NCBI GenBank assembly: GCA_964394185.1
Contig: CAYMWM010000001.1
Coordinates: 2,233-66,232, forward strand
Source of the DNA: an uncultured Smithella sp.
Lineage (GTDB): Bacteria > Desulfobacterota > Syntrophia > Syntrophales > Smithellaceae
Length of the DNA: 64,000 nucleotides
Direction of reading: 5' to 3'
Shown in pieces: positions 56,341 to 64,000 of this stretch; the first letter of the stretch is position 1, and each line of letters starts with the position of its first letter. Position numbers and translations under genes: made by a program. The notes below the pieces were generated by a model, which saw only the letters and a program-made list of their open reading frames with translations, did no database searches and had not been told where the DNA came from.

Positions 56341-57500
56341 ACAACAAAGAAATTTATGTGCGCGGTTGGGGCGCTGTAAATTCATTGGGATGGGATTCTC
56401 AGAAATCCGCCCGCAATTTGATTGCGGGAAATGTTCTGCCAGCCAAGAAATGTAGCTCCTCTCATTTAACTAATAACGATTTAAAAGCTTTTGAGGTAAC
56501 CTATTCGGGAAACCCTCTGGATAAATCAATGGCAATGCTGGAGCGCGCTCTGGAAGAAGCCTTCCAGCGGGGAAAAATGTCGATTCAAGAAATTACGGAG
56601 TCCAGCATACTGGTGGGAACAACAGGCGGCCTGTTTATCCGTAACGAGCATGAATTTACCAAAGCCGTACACGAAAATCCTGATCAGGAATCACCGGCCA
56701 TCTCCTGCCGCAACCGGGGCCCGGGTGAAGTAGCCGACTTTATTGTCAATAAATACGGCATCAGGGGTATTGCTCTGACTTTTAGCATGGCCTGTGTATC
56801 AAGTTCTCACGCTTTGGTAGTTGCCGCCGATATCCTGAATCAGGGGAAAGCTAAACGGGTGATTATCGTTGGTTTTGAGCCGCTGCTGAATATGACCCTG
56901 CAAGGATTTTCGAGCCTTCTTCTTTTCGATTACGATCAATGCCGGCCGTTTTGTGCGACACGTGCCGGAATGCAAATTGGAGAGGGCGCTGCCGTTATCA
57001 TTCTTGAGGCAGGAACCTTTTCCGAAGCAAAATATAAATTTACGGGCGGCTATCTGTACAACGATATAAAAAGCCTTACATCCGCGGGCATTGACGGATT
57101 AACTGTCAGCGAGGTCGTCGGACAAACCCTGATGTTGGCGCAGGTATCAGCCGATGATGTTGTCGCTATCAAGGCGCACGGCACGGGCACAAGAGATAAT
57201 GACCTGTCGGAGGGCAGGGGGTTAACCAAGGTTTTTGGAGCAAAACTGCCTCCCGTGGTTTCTCTCAAAGGCTCTGTAGGCCATACCCTAGGCGCGGCAG
57301 GAGCGGTGGAAACTGCGCTTTGGCTTTCCTGCTTAGGAGAAGGATTTATTCCGCGAAGCTTTGGTTTTTCACAAATCGATCCGGAAATCGGCTTTACACC
57401 GTCACAGGTAAACATTAAAGCGCGCGAAGGCGCTTATTTATTTACATTCTTCGGTTTTGGCGGAACCTGTACGAGTTATTTAATTATCAAGGAGAGATAA
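56337..57500 (+). CDS. Beta-ketoacyl synthase (second KS)
   Basis: FSMACVSSSHAL (Cys), IKAHGTGTRDND (His). ATGA overlap with the ACP stop. Confidence 0.8.
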   Translation: MNNKEIYVRGWGAVNSLGWDSQKSARNLIAGNVLPAKKCSSSHLTNNDLKAFEVTYSGNPLDKSMAMLERALEEAFQRGKMSIQEITESSILVGTTGGLFIRNEHEFTKAVHENPDQESPAISCRNRGPGEVADFIVNKYGIRGIALTFSMACVSSSHALVVAADILNQGKAKRVIIVGFEPLLNMTLQGFSSLLLFDYDQCRPFCATRAGMQIGEGAAVIILEAGTFSEAKYKFTGGYLYNDIKSLTSAGIDGLTVSEVVGQTLMLAQVSADDVVAIKAHGTGTRDNDLSEGRGLTKVFGAKLPPVVSLKGSVGHTLGAAGAVETALWLSCLGEGFIPRSFGFSQIDPEIGFTPSQVNIKAREGAYLFTFFGFGGTCTSYLIIKER

Positions 57501-57504
57501 TAAA

Positions 57505-58488
57505 TTGTCTTCATTCCTGAATCAATCAAACCCCGATGCATTTATGCCGGTCATCGCCGCAAGTTATATTGGTCCGCATCTTATACCGAATAACGACGCG
57601 CTTTGGGAAGAAAGTGAACTGCCGCTCAATGCCGACGGATTGGTCAATGAAATCATGGGACAGCCGATGCGTAGGGCCGGACGATTTATCAAGATGGTTG
57701 CCTGCGGAGGGCTGGCCTGTCTGCAGCAAGTATCTCTCAATTACTTAAAAGGAAAAAAGACAGGAATATTCCTGGCGACAGGCCTGGGTAATATTGATGA
57801 AATCATGCCCTTTATAACTGAGGTGTTCAAGCATGGTGGCGGATTTCCGAGCCCTAATCAATTCGCCAATTCGGTCAGCAATGCCGCGGCATTTGTTTTG
57901 GCCAAAATTTGCGAAGTCACGGGGAACGTTCTGACCATTTCTCAGGAAGAATTTTCTTTTGAAGCGGCCCTCTGGATGGCGCAGAGCTATCTTCAAAGCG
58001 GTCAAATAGAATTGGCCCTGGTCGGCGGATGCGATATTTTTACACCAACCGTTGAAGAATACCGTGAACGGGTCAATCTGACATGCAGCAACGCCCGCAA
58101 GATGCCGATGGGTGAAGGCAGCTCCTGGCTCCTGCTGGGGAAAGATGAAGTTAAGAATATTGGTAAAATTATGGTGGTGGATTTTGACGATAATGTTATT
58201 GAACCTCCCGACCTTTCAGACAATAAAAATATTGTATCGATTTTGATCGAGCCAAACAGCCCAAACCCGATTTTTCTACCTGGATTTCGCATGAAAAGTA
58301 AAGAAATCAACTTCTGGAAAGAAAAAGGTTGGGAGGTAGAAGATTACTTGCCCTGCTGCGGAATTCATTCGACGGCGGCGGCGTTCGGTATAGCGCGCGC
58401 CCTGCGGGAAAAATCAAATTCTCTTTTCGTTCACTATAATTGTCACGCTTCAGGCAGGCGGGCGTTTGTTCTAGCGTCAAAAAAATAA
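57505..58488 (+). CDS. Cys-less KS-like partner with Gln at the active-site position (KS-Q/CLF-like)
   Basis: TTG start after GGAGAG. NVLTISQEEFSFEAAL aligns with the T-x-A-C-x-S KS motif, placing Gln at the Cys position. Shorter (327 aa). Confidence 0.65.
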   Translation: MSSFLNQSNPDAFMPVIAASYIGPHLIPNNDALWEESELPLNADGLVNEIMGQPMRRAGRFIKMVACGGLACLQQVSLNYLKGKKTGIFLATGLGNIDEIMPFITEVFKHGGGFPSPNQFANSVSNAAAFVLAKICEVTGNVLTISQEEFSFEAALWMAQSYLQSGQIELALVGGCDIFTPTVEEYRERVNLTCSNARKMPMGEGSSWLLLGKDEVKNIGKIMVVDFDDNVIEPPDLSDNKNIVSILIEPNSPNPIFLPGFRMKSKEINFWKEKGWEVEDYLPCCGIHSTAAAFGIARALREKSNSLFVHYNCHASGRRAFVLASKK

Positions 58489-58490
58489 TT

Positions 58491-59939
58491 ATGGTTTCCT
58501 CTCAACAAAAAAAAAGAGTCGTTCTTGTTCATCCGCGAGGATTCAACTGGTTTCCGGGGAAGCGCGATATTACAGATATTGCCAACCGGATGGTGCCGCA
58601 GGGACTGCTTTCGCTTGCCTCATATCTTGCAGCGCAGGGTCATGATGTTTTCGTCTATGATTGTCTTGGACCGGACGCTCCCCTGGATTTACAAAAACAG
58701 GCGCAGGCGATTTTGGCCTATAACCCTCAGATTGTCGGGTTTTCGGCAACAACATCGTCTTTTCCCGATGCCGCCGAGCTTGCCCAAATCATTAAAAATA
58801 GTTCTTCTGACATCAAAACACTATGCGGCGGGGTCCACGTTTCCGCACTGGAAAAAATTCTTTTGCAGGACTATCCCGCATTTGATTTTCTTGCCGCCGG
58901 AGAAGGCGAGGAAACCATAGCCGAGCTTGCCGAAGGATGTGATCCTGCTGCAATCAAAGGTCTTATCTGGCGGAGAAAAGAAGAAATCGTAGCCAACGAG
59001 CCGCGTCTCAAAATACCGGATTTGGATTTTCTGCCGTTTCCTGCCTATGAAAAGCTTAAAGGATTTCCCCGTGATTACCATCTGCCGCTGTTCAGTTATA
59101 TCCAGGCACCCGGCGCGACGATGATAACCTCACGCGGCTGTATGTATCAATGCTCCTATTGCGATCGTTCCGTGTTCAAAAAAGGTTTTCGCTATAATTC
59201 CGCCGCCTACATTTATGAGCATATGAAATATTTGCGGGAAAAATTCGGGGTCAGGCACATCAACATTTACGATGATTTGTTCACCGCCAACCGCGAACGG
59301 ATTGTCGAGCTTGGCGAAAAACTCAGCCGCTATCCCCTGGGGATTCATTTCAACTGCGCGGTCCGTGTCGGTTACACCGATGATGACTTGTTGAAAATGC
59401 TGAAAGATGCCGGCTGCCTGATGGTGTCTCTTGGAATTGAATCCGCCGATCCGGATATGCTCAAGCGGCATAAATCGGGAGTGTCTCTTGATGAGGTACG
59501 CGATACCGTGCGGAGGATTCAAAAAGCGGGATTGCGTGTCAAGGGACTTTTTATGATGGGACTGCCGGGCGAAACGGAAGAATCCGTCAAGCAAACATCC
59601 AATTTTATTATTTCACTCGGACTGGATGATATGAACATGGCCAAATTTACGCCTTTCCCCGGCGCGCCGCTGTGGGGTACGATAAAAGACGACGGGTCAT
59701 TTAATGAAGACTGGCGGCTGATGAATTGTCTGAATTTTGTTTTTGTGCCCAGAGGAATTGCTTCCAAGGAAAGACTCGATCAACTCTATAATGAACATGT
59801 GAAGCGTTTTTATTCCGACAAAGCGTGGCGGGAAAGATTCCGCAAGCGCATCTGGCAGCACCGCAGAAGTCTGATTTATTTACTAAGACACCTGCCTTCC
59901 TTCTGGTCTGCAAAAAATCAGTTCGAACCTGAAAAATAA
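58491..59939 (+). CDS. B12-binding-domain radical SAM enzyme (class B), copy 2
   Basis: ATG 58491 (MVSSQQKK), 3 nt after the upstream stop. Cobalamin-binding-type N-domain, then TSRGCMYQCSYCDRS (Cx3Cx2C). Confidence 0.85.
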   Translation: MVSSQQKKRVVLVHPRGFNWFPGKRDITDIANRMVPQGLLSLASYLAAQGHDVFVYDCLGPDAPLDLQKQAQAILAYNPQIVGFSATTSSFPDAAELAQIIKNSSSDIKTLCGGVHVSALEKILLQDYPAFDFLAAGEGEETIAELAEGCDPAAIKGLIWRRKEEIVANEPRLKIPDLDFLPFPAYEKLKGFPRDYHLPLFSYIQAPGATMITSRGCMYQCSYCDRSVFKKGFRYNSAAYIYEHMKYLREKFGVRHINIYDDLFTANRERIVELGEKLSRYPLGIHFNCAVRVGYTDDDLLKMLKDAGCLMVSLGIESADPDMLKRHKSGVSLDEVRDTVRRIQKAGLRVKGLFMMGLPGETEESVKQTSNFIISLGLDDMNMAKFTPFPGAPLWGTIKDDGSFNEDWRLMNCLNFVFVPRGIASKERLDQLYNEHVKRFYSDKAWRERFRKRIWQHRRSLIYLLRHLPSFWSAKNQFEPEK

Positions 59940-59968
59940 GAGCAATCACTTCGGATAAAGCTTGATGA

Positions 59969-59997
59969 TTGACAGCCCCAAGAAAGCATGTTAAATC
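59969..59997 (+). promoter_or_regulatory. Possible sigma70-like promoter for tRNA-Arg
   Basis: TTGACA, 17 nt spacer, TAAATC, ending about 19 nt before the tRNA 5' end. Confidence 0.3.
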
Positions 59998-60015
59998 GCT
60001 CCAACTTCTATGGAT

Positions 60016-60092
60016 GCCCCTGTAGCTCAGTAGGATAGAGCAACGGATTCCTAATCCGTGTGCCGCGCGTTCGACTCGCGCCAGGGGCACCA
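60016..60092 (+). tRNA. tRNA-Arg (anticodon CCT), CCA encoded
   Basis: Perfect cloverleaf: acceptor GCCCCTG/CAGGGGC, D arm GCTC/GAGC, anticodon arm ACGGA-TTCCTAA-TCCGT, T arm GCGCG-TTCGACT-CGCGC, discriminator A, CCA. Confidence 0.92.
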
Positions 60093-60220
60093 AAGAAAAT
60101 CAACTACTTATGCAACATTAAGTTTCTTCCCAAAATCGTTTTTGCTAACCTATAGCTAACATGACATTTTATAATGTGCTTTATAATAGAGATAGCTGTT
60201 AAAGATCATTGACAGCGAAT

Positions 60221-60817
60221 AGTAGAGCTACATCTACCATCACCCACCACGAGTAGCTAATTCCCCTCCAACCAGTCTAACACCTATACTACGCATCTCC
60301 GCCGGCAGCAACAGTAGCAACTTTTAGCAATTCAGATAGAAAAAATGGAAACAGTATCAGATGTCCGTTGGAGTAGTATCGTCAGCCAGCAGAGTCACCC
60401 TACTCCTGTCAGCAGTAGTACCATTTTTCTACTGTGATCAAACGGGTTTTACAGGTAGTGTCAACAGTAGCCTGAAGTAACTATTCAGTAGCTTCAAATA
60501 AAATTCAGTCAGCTTTAAAAATCCATCCGTATCCCAATTTGAAATTTTCATGTAAAAATGGTATGTTACTCACGGTTCACAGTAGAGAGAAATGCTTTTC
60601 CCTCCATCCATCTAAAATTCTCTCTACGTAAACTTCCTTTCTTATGGTGACTTATCCACCCCTCCCCATTGCTTTAGGACATGAGGCCTCCGATAAGTGG
60701 AGCCTCTTTTGTTATTGTATTGGCGTTACGTCGGGAAGCTATTCTGATAGTAGCAATCAGTAGAAGGGTACAGTAGCTGTGAGTGGCTTACTTGGCGATT
60801 ATCTGGAGCCAGAGTAG
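60221..60817 (+). repeat. Cluster of about 13 same-strand AGTAG(C) motifs in an ORF-free region
   Basis: AGTAG at about 60221, 60252, 60313, 60372, 60414, 60466, 60487, 60581, 60749, 60759, 60772, 60813, plus GGTAG at 60454. Seven extend to AGTAGC. Two inverted copies (CTACT at 60400 and 60429) form hairpins with upstream copies. Confidence 0.6.
60575..60713 (+). ncRNA. Candidate ~140-nt small RNA (promoter- and terminator-bounded, C/U-rich)
   Basis: Promoter TTGAAA (60539-44), 17 nt spacer, TATGTT (60562-67). Terminator GAGGCCTCC-gataagt-GGAGCCTC plus TTTTGTT (60683-60713). Body contains CCCTCC (60600) and CCACCCCTCCCC (60656). No ORF. Confidence 0.3.
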
Positions 60818-61001
60818 CTGTGGTTCAACTATGATCACAGGACTTAAAGCACTATACAGCGTCAACAGTATTATTAAATTTCAGTAATGTTCATGCTGTA
60901 ACAATGGGTATCATATCTTTATCAGGTTAATAATTTCTATTTTAAAGTTATTTTTAAACAATTACATATTGTATAAAAATAATAATTATTTTTATAAATC
61001 A

Positions 61002-61030
61002 TTGACATACAAGATTGTTTTTCTTATACT
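61002..61030 (+). promoter_or_regulatory. Near-consensus sigma70 promoter upstream of the SNF2 helicase gene
   Basis: TTGACA (61002-07), 17 nt spacer, TATACT (61025-30). Preceded by a very AT-rich stretch with the near-palindrome AAAAATAATAATTATTTTT. Confidence 0.45.
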
Positions 61031-61100
61031 CCCTCGCGATACAAGCAATATCTTATCAAAAAACAAGTTGAGAAAATCCGAATAATGTCAGGGGTCTTTT

Positions 61101-64000
61101 ATGTTGATTGATCAACTTAAACCGAACATCATTGTCAAAGGTCCGATATTCCCCGAACCTGTTCAGATTATTGTCTCTATACCCATGGGTGATTCTGTCA
61201 AACTCGTCGGTAAAGGTCTCAAAAGCCAAAAAGTATATGAGCCAATTCTTAATGCTGATCAGCTTGCAAAGCTAGAAGCCACCCCCGAGAAAGAGCCTTT
61301 TGATGGTGACGCTGCAAAATTCCGTCTTGGCGTTGAAGCATTGCGGCTTGGGCTTGCTTACGAATATGACCCATACTTTTCCCTCTCTATTGCTAGGGTT
61401 GATCCTCTTCCTCACCAGCTTGAAGCAGTTTATGATTACTTTTTAAAGCTTCCTCGCATTCGTTTCCTGCTTGCCGATGATCCAGGTGCTGGCAAAACGA
61501 TTATGGCAGGACTTCTTATTAAGGAATTAAAGATACGCGGACTTGTAAAACGTATCTTGATTGTCACACCGGCTAATCTTTCTTTCCAATGGCAACGTGA
61601 AATGAAGGATAAATTCCGTGAGCAGTTTGCCATCATTAAAGGTGACATACTTCGTGCAAATTACGGTTCAAATCCTTGGCAGGAGATGAATCAGGTCATA
61701 ACTTCAATCTCTTGGGTTTCACGTATTGATGATGCAAAAGACAGTCTGCTTCGCAGCCAGTGGGATTTAATTATTGTTGATGAAGCTCATAAGATGAGTG
61801 CTTACAGTTCAGACAAAAAAACCTTAGCATATCAGTTGGGTGAATCTCTTTCTCAAATGACTGACCACTATCTTTTAATGACCGCCACGCCACATAAGGG
61901 TGATCCCGAAAATTTCTGTCTCTTTCTTGAACTTCTGGATAAAGATGTTTATGGCGATATTAAGAGCCTTGAAGAAGCAATGGAACGACATGAAGCACCC
62001 TTTTACCTGCGCCGGATAAAAGAAGCGCTTGTTACCTTTCCAGATCCCGACACTGGTCAGGTTAAAATGCTTTTTACCAAACGCAAAGTACAGACAACAG
62101 AGTTTCAGATTGATGATGAAGAATGGGATTTTTACGACGCTCTTACAAGATACGTTGAAGATCAATCTATTAAAGCGGCTCAGGATGATTCAGCCCGCGG
62201 TCGTGCGGTTGGTTTTACAATGGCGATGCTTCAGCGCCGGTTTGCCTCCAGTATCTATGCTGTTCGCCGCAGTCTTGAGCGAATGAAGGAAAAACGTGAG
62301 CGTATTCTTGCTGACCCAGAATCTTACCGTCAGGAACAGATAAACAAAAAACTGCCGGAAGATTTTGAGGATCTACCTGAAGAAGAACAGCAAGAAATTA
62401 TTTCACAACTTGAGGATGTCGTTGCCTCAGTTGACCCCGCTGCTCTTCGAGAAGAAATTCTTCAACTTGGCAAACTTATTGAACAGGCACAAGAGCTAGA
62501 AAAACGTGAAATTGAATCCAAACTTATTAAACTTAAGGAAGTACTTACCGAGCAGGGTATTTTCAATGATCCCAAAATGAAACTGCTTATCTTCACCGAA
62601 CACAAAGATACGCTTGATTTTCTGGTGACAAAACTACGCGATTGGAAACTCAATGTTACGCAGATTCATGGCGCCATGAAAATTGGCGACAGAGATACGC
62701 CCGGCACAAGAATTTATGCTGAACGTGAGTTCCGGGAAGACAGCCAGTTGCTTGTTGCAACGGAGGCCGCTGGTGAAGGTATCAACCTTCAGTTTTGCTG
62801 GTTTATGATTAACTATGATATTCCCTGGAACCCTGTACGTCTTGAGCAACGAATGGGACGTATCCACCGCTATGGTCAGGAAAAAGACTGTCTCATCTTT
62901 AACTTTGTCACAACCAACACCCGTGAAGGCAGGGTACTTCAAAAACTGTTTGAACGCATGAAAAAGATTGAAGACGACCTTGATCCGCAACGTACAGGAA
63001 AAATATTTAATGTGCTTGGCGATGTATTTCCTGCCAATATGCTTGAGCGTATGCTGCGGGAAATGTATGCCCACAACCTCACGGAAGATGTCATTAAAAA
63101 TCGTATCATAAATGAAATTGACACAAATCGTTTTAAGCAAATTACAAACTCAACCCTTGAGGGCCTTGCCAAGAGAGAACTGAACCTTTCCGCGATTGTC
63201 GGAAAATCAGCAGAGGCTAAAGAACGCCGTCTTGTTCCAGAAGTAATCGAGGATTTTTTTACCAGCGCTGCACCGCATACAGGCGTTCATCCCAAAGAGG
63301 TTGCAAAAGAAAATCATGTTTACCGTATAGGACGTATTCCGCGCAATCTTTGGCAGATTGGCGAGCAACTTGAACCGCGTTTTGGAAAACTCGGCAGGGA
63401 ATATAAGCAAATAGTTTTTGATAAGAATTTGCTGACTGTTGACCCGACATTTGAATGGGTTACTCCGGGACACCCTCTTTTTGAGTGTGTGCGTGAGGAT
63501 ATTTCTGAACGGGTGCAACATGATTTAAAACAAGGTGCAATATTTTATGATCTCCATCAGAAGGAACCGTATAGGTTGGAAGTGTTTTCTGCGTCTATTT
63601 GTGATGGCAGAGGAAACGTGCTGCATGAAAAGCTCTTTGTCGTACAGACAGATATGAACGGAGTAATGAGCATTCGCCAGCCTACGATCTTTCTTGATTT
63701 GTCTTTGGCAACCGGAACAAATAAAATTCCCGATAGTAGCGGACTACCTCAGCGAGATGTTGTTGAACACACACTTATTCAAAAAGCATTAAATCCGCTT
63801 CTTGAGGAAGTACGCATACAGCGTGAAAAAGAAACTGAAATAATATCACTCCACATGGAAATAAGTCTTAATGAACTTATAAATCGTCAGAATCTTCGCA
63901 TGGCTGAACTACTTGAAGCTCAGCAGAATGGTGATACGAGCCAGCCTCTTGCTGCAAATATCAAAATAACCGAAGACCGCATTTTTGAGCTAAACGGACG
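61101..64000 (+). CDS. SNF2-family (DEAH) helicase, first ~966 codons (3' end beyond window)
   Basis: Absent from the ORF track because it has no stop in the window. Motifs: LLADDPGAGKT (I), IIVDEAHK (II), LLMTATPHKG (III), LVATEAAGEGINLQ (V), WNPVRLEQRMGRIHRYGQ (VI). Frame checked against the line positions of antisense ORF 61436-61648. Confidence 0.85.
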   Translation, partial: MLIDQLKPNIIVKGPIFPEPVQIIVSIPMGDSVKLVGKGLKSQKVYEPILNADQLAKLEATPEKEPFDGDAAKFRLGVEALRLGLAYEYDPYFSLSIARVDPLPHQLEAVYDYFLKLPRIRFLLADDPGAGKTIMAGLLIKELKIRGLVKRILIVTPANLSFQWQREMKDKFREQFAIIKGDILRANYGSNPWQEMNQVITSISWVSRIDDAKDSLLRSQWDLIIVDEAHKMSAYSSDKKTLAYQLGESLSQMTDHYLLMTATPHKGDPENFCLFLELLDKDVYGDIKSLEEAMERHEAPFYLRRIKEALVTFPDPDTGQVKMLFTKRKVQTTEFQIDDEEWDFYDALTRYVEDQSIKAAQDDSARGRAVGFTMAMLQRRFASSIYAVRRSLERMKEKRERILADPESYRQEQINKKLPEDFEDLPEEEQQEIISQLEDVVASVDPAALREEILQLGKLIEQAQELEKREIESKLIKLKEVLTEQGIFNDPKMKLLIFTEHKDTLDFLVTKLRDWKLNVTQIHGAMKIGDRDTPGTRIYAEREFREDSQLLVATEAAGEGINLQFCWFMINYDIPWNPVRLEQRMGRIHRYGQEKDCLIFNFVTTNTREGRVLQKLFERMKKIEDDLDPQRTGKIFNVLGDVFPANMLERMLREMYAHNLTEDVIKNRIINEIDTNRFKQITNSTLEGLAKRELNLSAIVGKSAEAKERRLVPEVIEDFFTSAAPHTGVHPKEVAKENHVYRIGRIPRNLWQIGEQLEPRFGKLGREYKQIVFDKNLLTVDPTFEWVTPGHPLFECVREDISERVQHDLKQGAIFYDLHQKEPYRLEVFSASICDGRGNVLHEKLFVVQTDMNGVMSIRQPTIFLDLSLATGTNKIPDSSGLPQRDVVEHTLIQKALNPLLEEVRIQREKETEIISLHMEISLNELINRQNLRMAELLEAQQNGDTSQPLAANIKITEDRIFELNG

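Noticed and set aside
59701-60093. 130-aa minus-strand ORF
   Set aside because: It starts (TTG) inside the CCA end and reads straight through the antisense of a perfect tRNA-Arg cloverleaf and the 3' end of the radical SAM gene.
60221-60817. CRISPR array
   Set aside because: The repeat unit is only 5-7 nt, spacing is irregular (3-150 nt), and there are no 25-40-nt repeats or cas genes.
60094-60900. Possibility that the many TAG triplets mark a UAG-recoded (e.g. pyrrolysine) gene hidden from the ORF track
   Set aside because: The TAGs of the AGTAG motifs fall in all three reading frames, and other stops (TAA/TGA) are also frequent. No frame becomes open if TAG is read through.
60093-61100. 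Integrase gene or a direct repeat of the tRNA 3' end marking an att site
   Set aside because: No ORF is present, and I could not find a copy of the tRNA 3' segment (TTCGACTCGCGCCAGGGGCA) in this stretch. The island boundaries, if any, lie off-window.

Overview
64-kb chromosomal window. Gene content suggests an anaerobic Desulfobacterota-like bacterium (inference from a desulforedoxin-type domain, a Sec-containing SelD and B12-radical-SAM-rich lipid genes). I support about 58 protein genes and one tRNA-Arg(CCT). I found no rRNA, CRISPR array, transposase or integrase.

Layout:
- 1-24.4 kb is mostly housekeeping: alr, ddl, selD, thrC, mobB, a GGDEF cyclase, transporters. Several unusual fusion proteins sit here.
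- 24.5-59.9 kb is dominated by a split ~35-kb specialised acyl/polyketide-lipid supercluster. A minus-strand FAS-II-like operon carries two phytoene-desaturase-like flavoproteins. A plus-strand set carries two KS / Cys-less-KS / B12-radical-SAM triads, an MIO ammonia-lyase, thioesterase, FakA-like kinase, AMP-ligase, LpxL-type acyltransferase, GT2, an MMPL exporter fused to a methyltransferase, a BtrH-like protein and an ABC-2 exporter. This is my best candidate for an undescribed system: it mixes aryl-polyene, flexirubin and candidate-ladderane signatures.
- 60.0-64.0 kb holds tRNA-Arg, then a 1-kb ORF-free stretch packed with AGTAG(C) motifs and a promoter/terminator-bounded candidate sRNA. 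An SNF2-family helicase follows and runs off the window. This is probably the start of a tRNA-adjacent defence or mobile island.

Corrections to the ORF track:
- Two edge-truncated genes are missing from it (1-2984 minus, 61101-64000 plus).
- selD extends upstream through an in-frame UGA (Sec) with a SECIS-like hairpin.
- mrr is interrupted by one in-frame TAA.
- Several starts are revised.
- Many long antisense ORFs are shadows.

All functional calls come from motif recognition by eye, with no database search. Coordinates of small non-coding motifs may be off by 1-2 nt.
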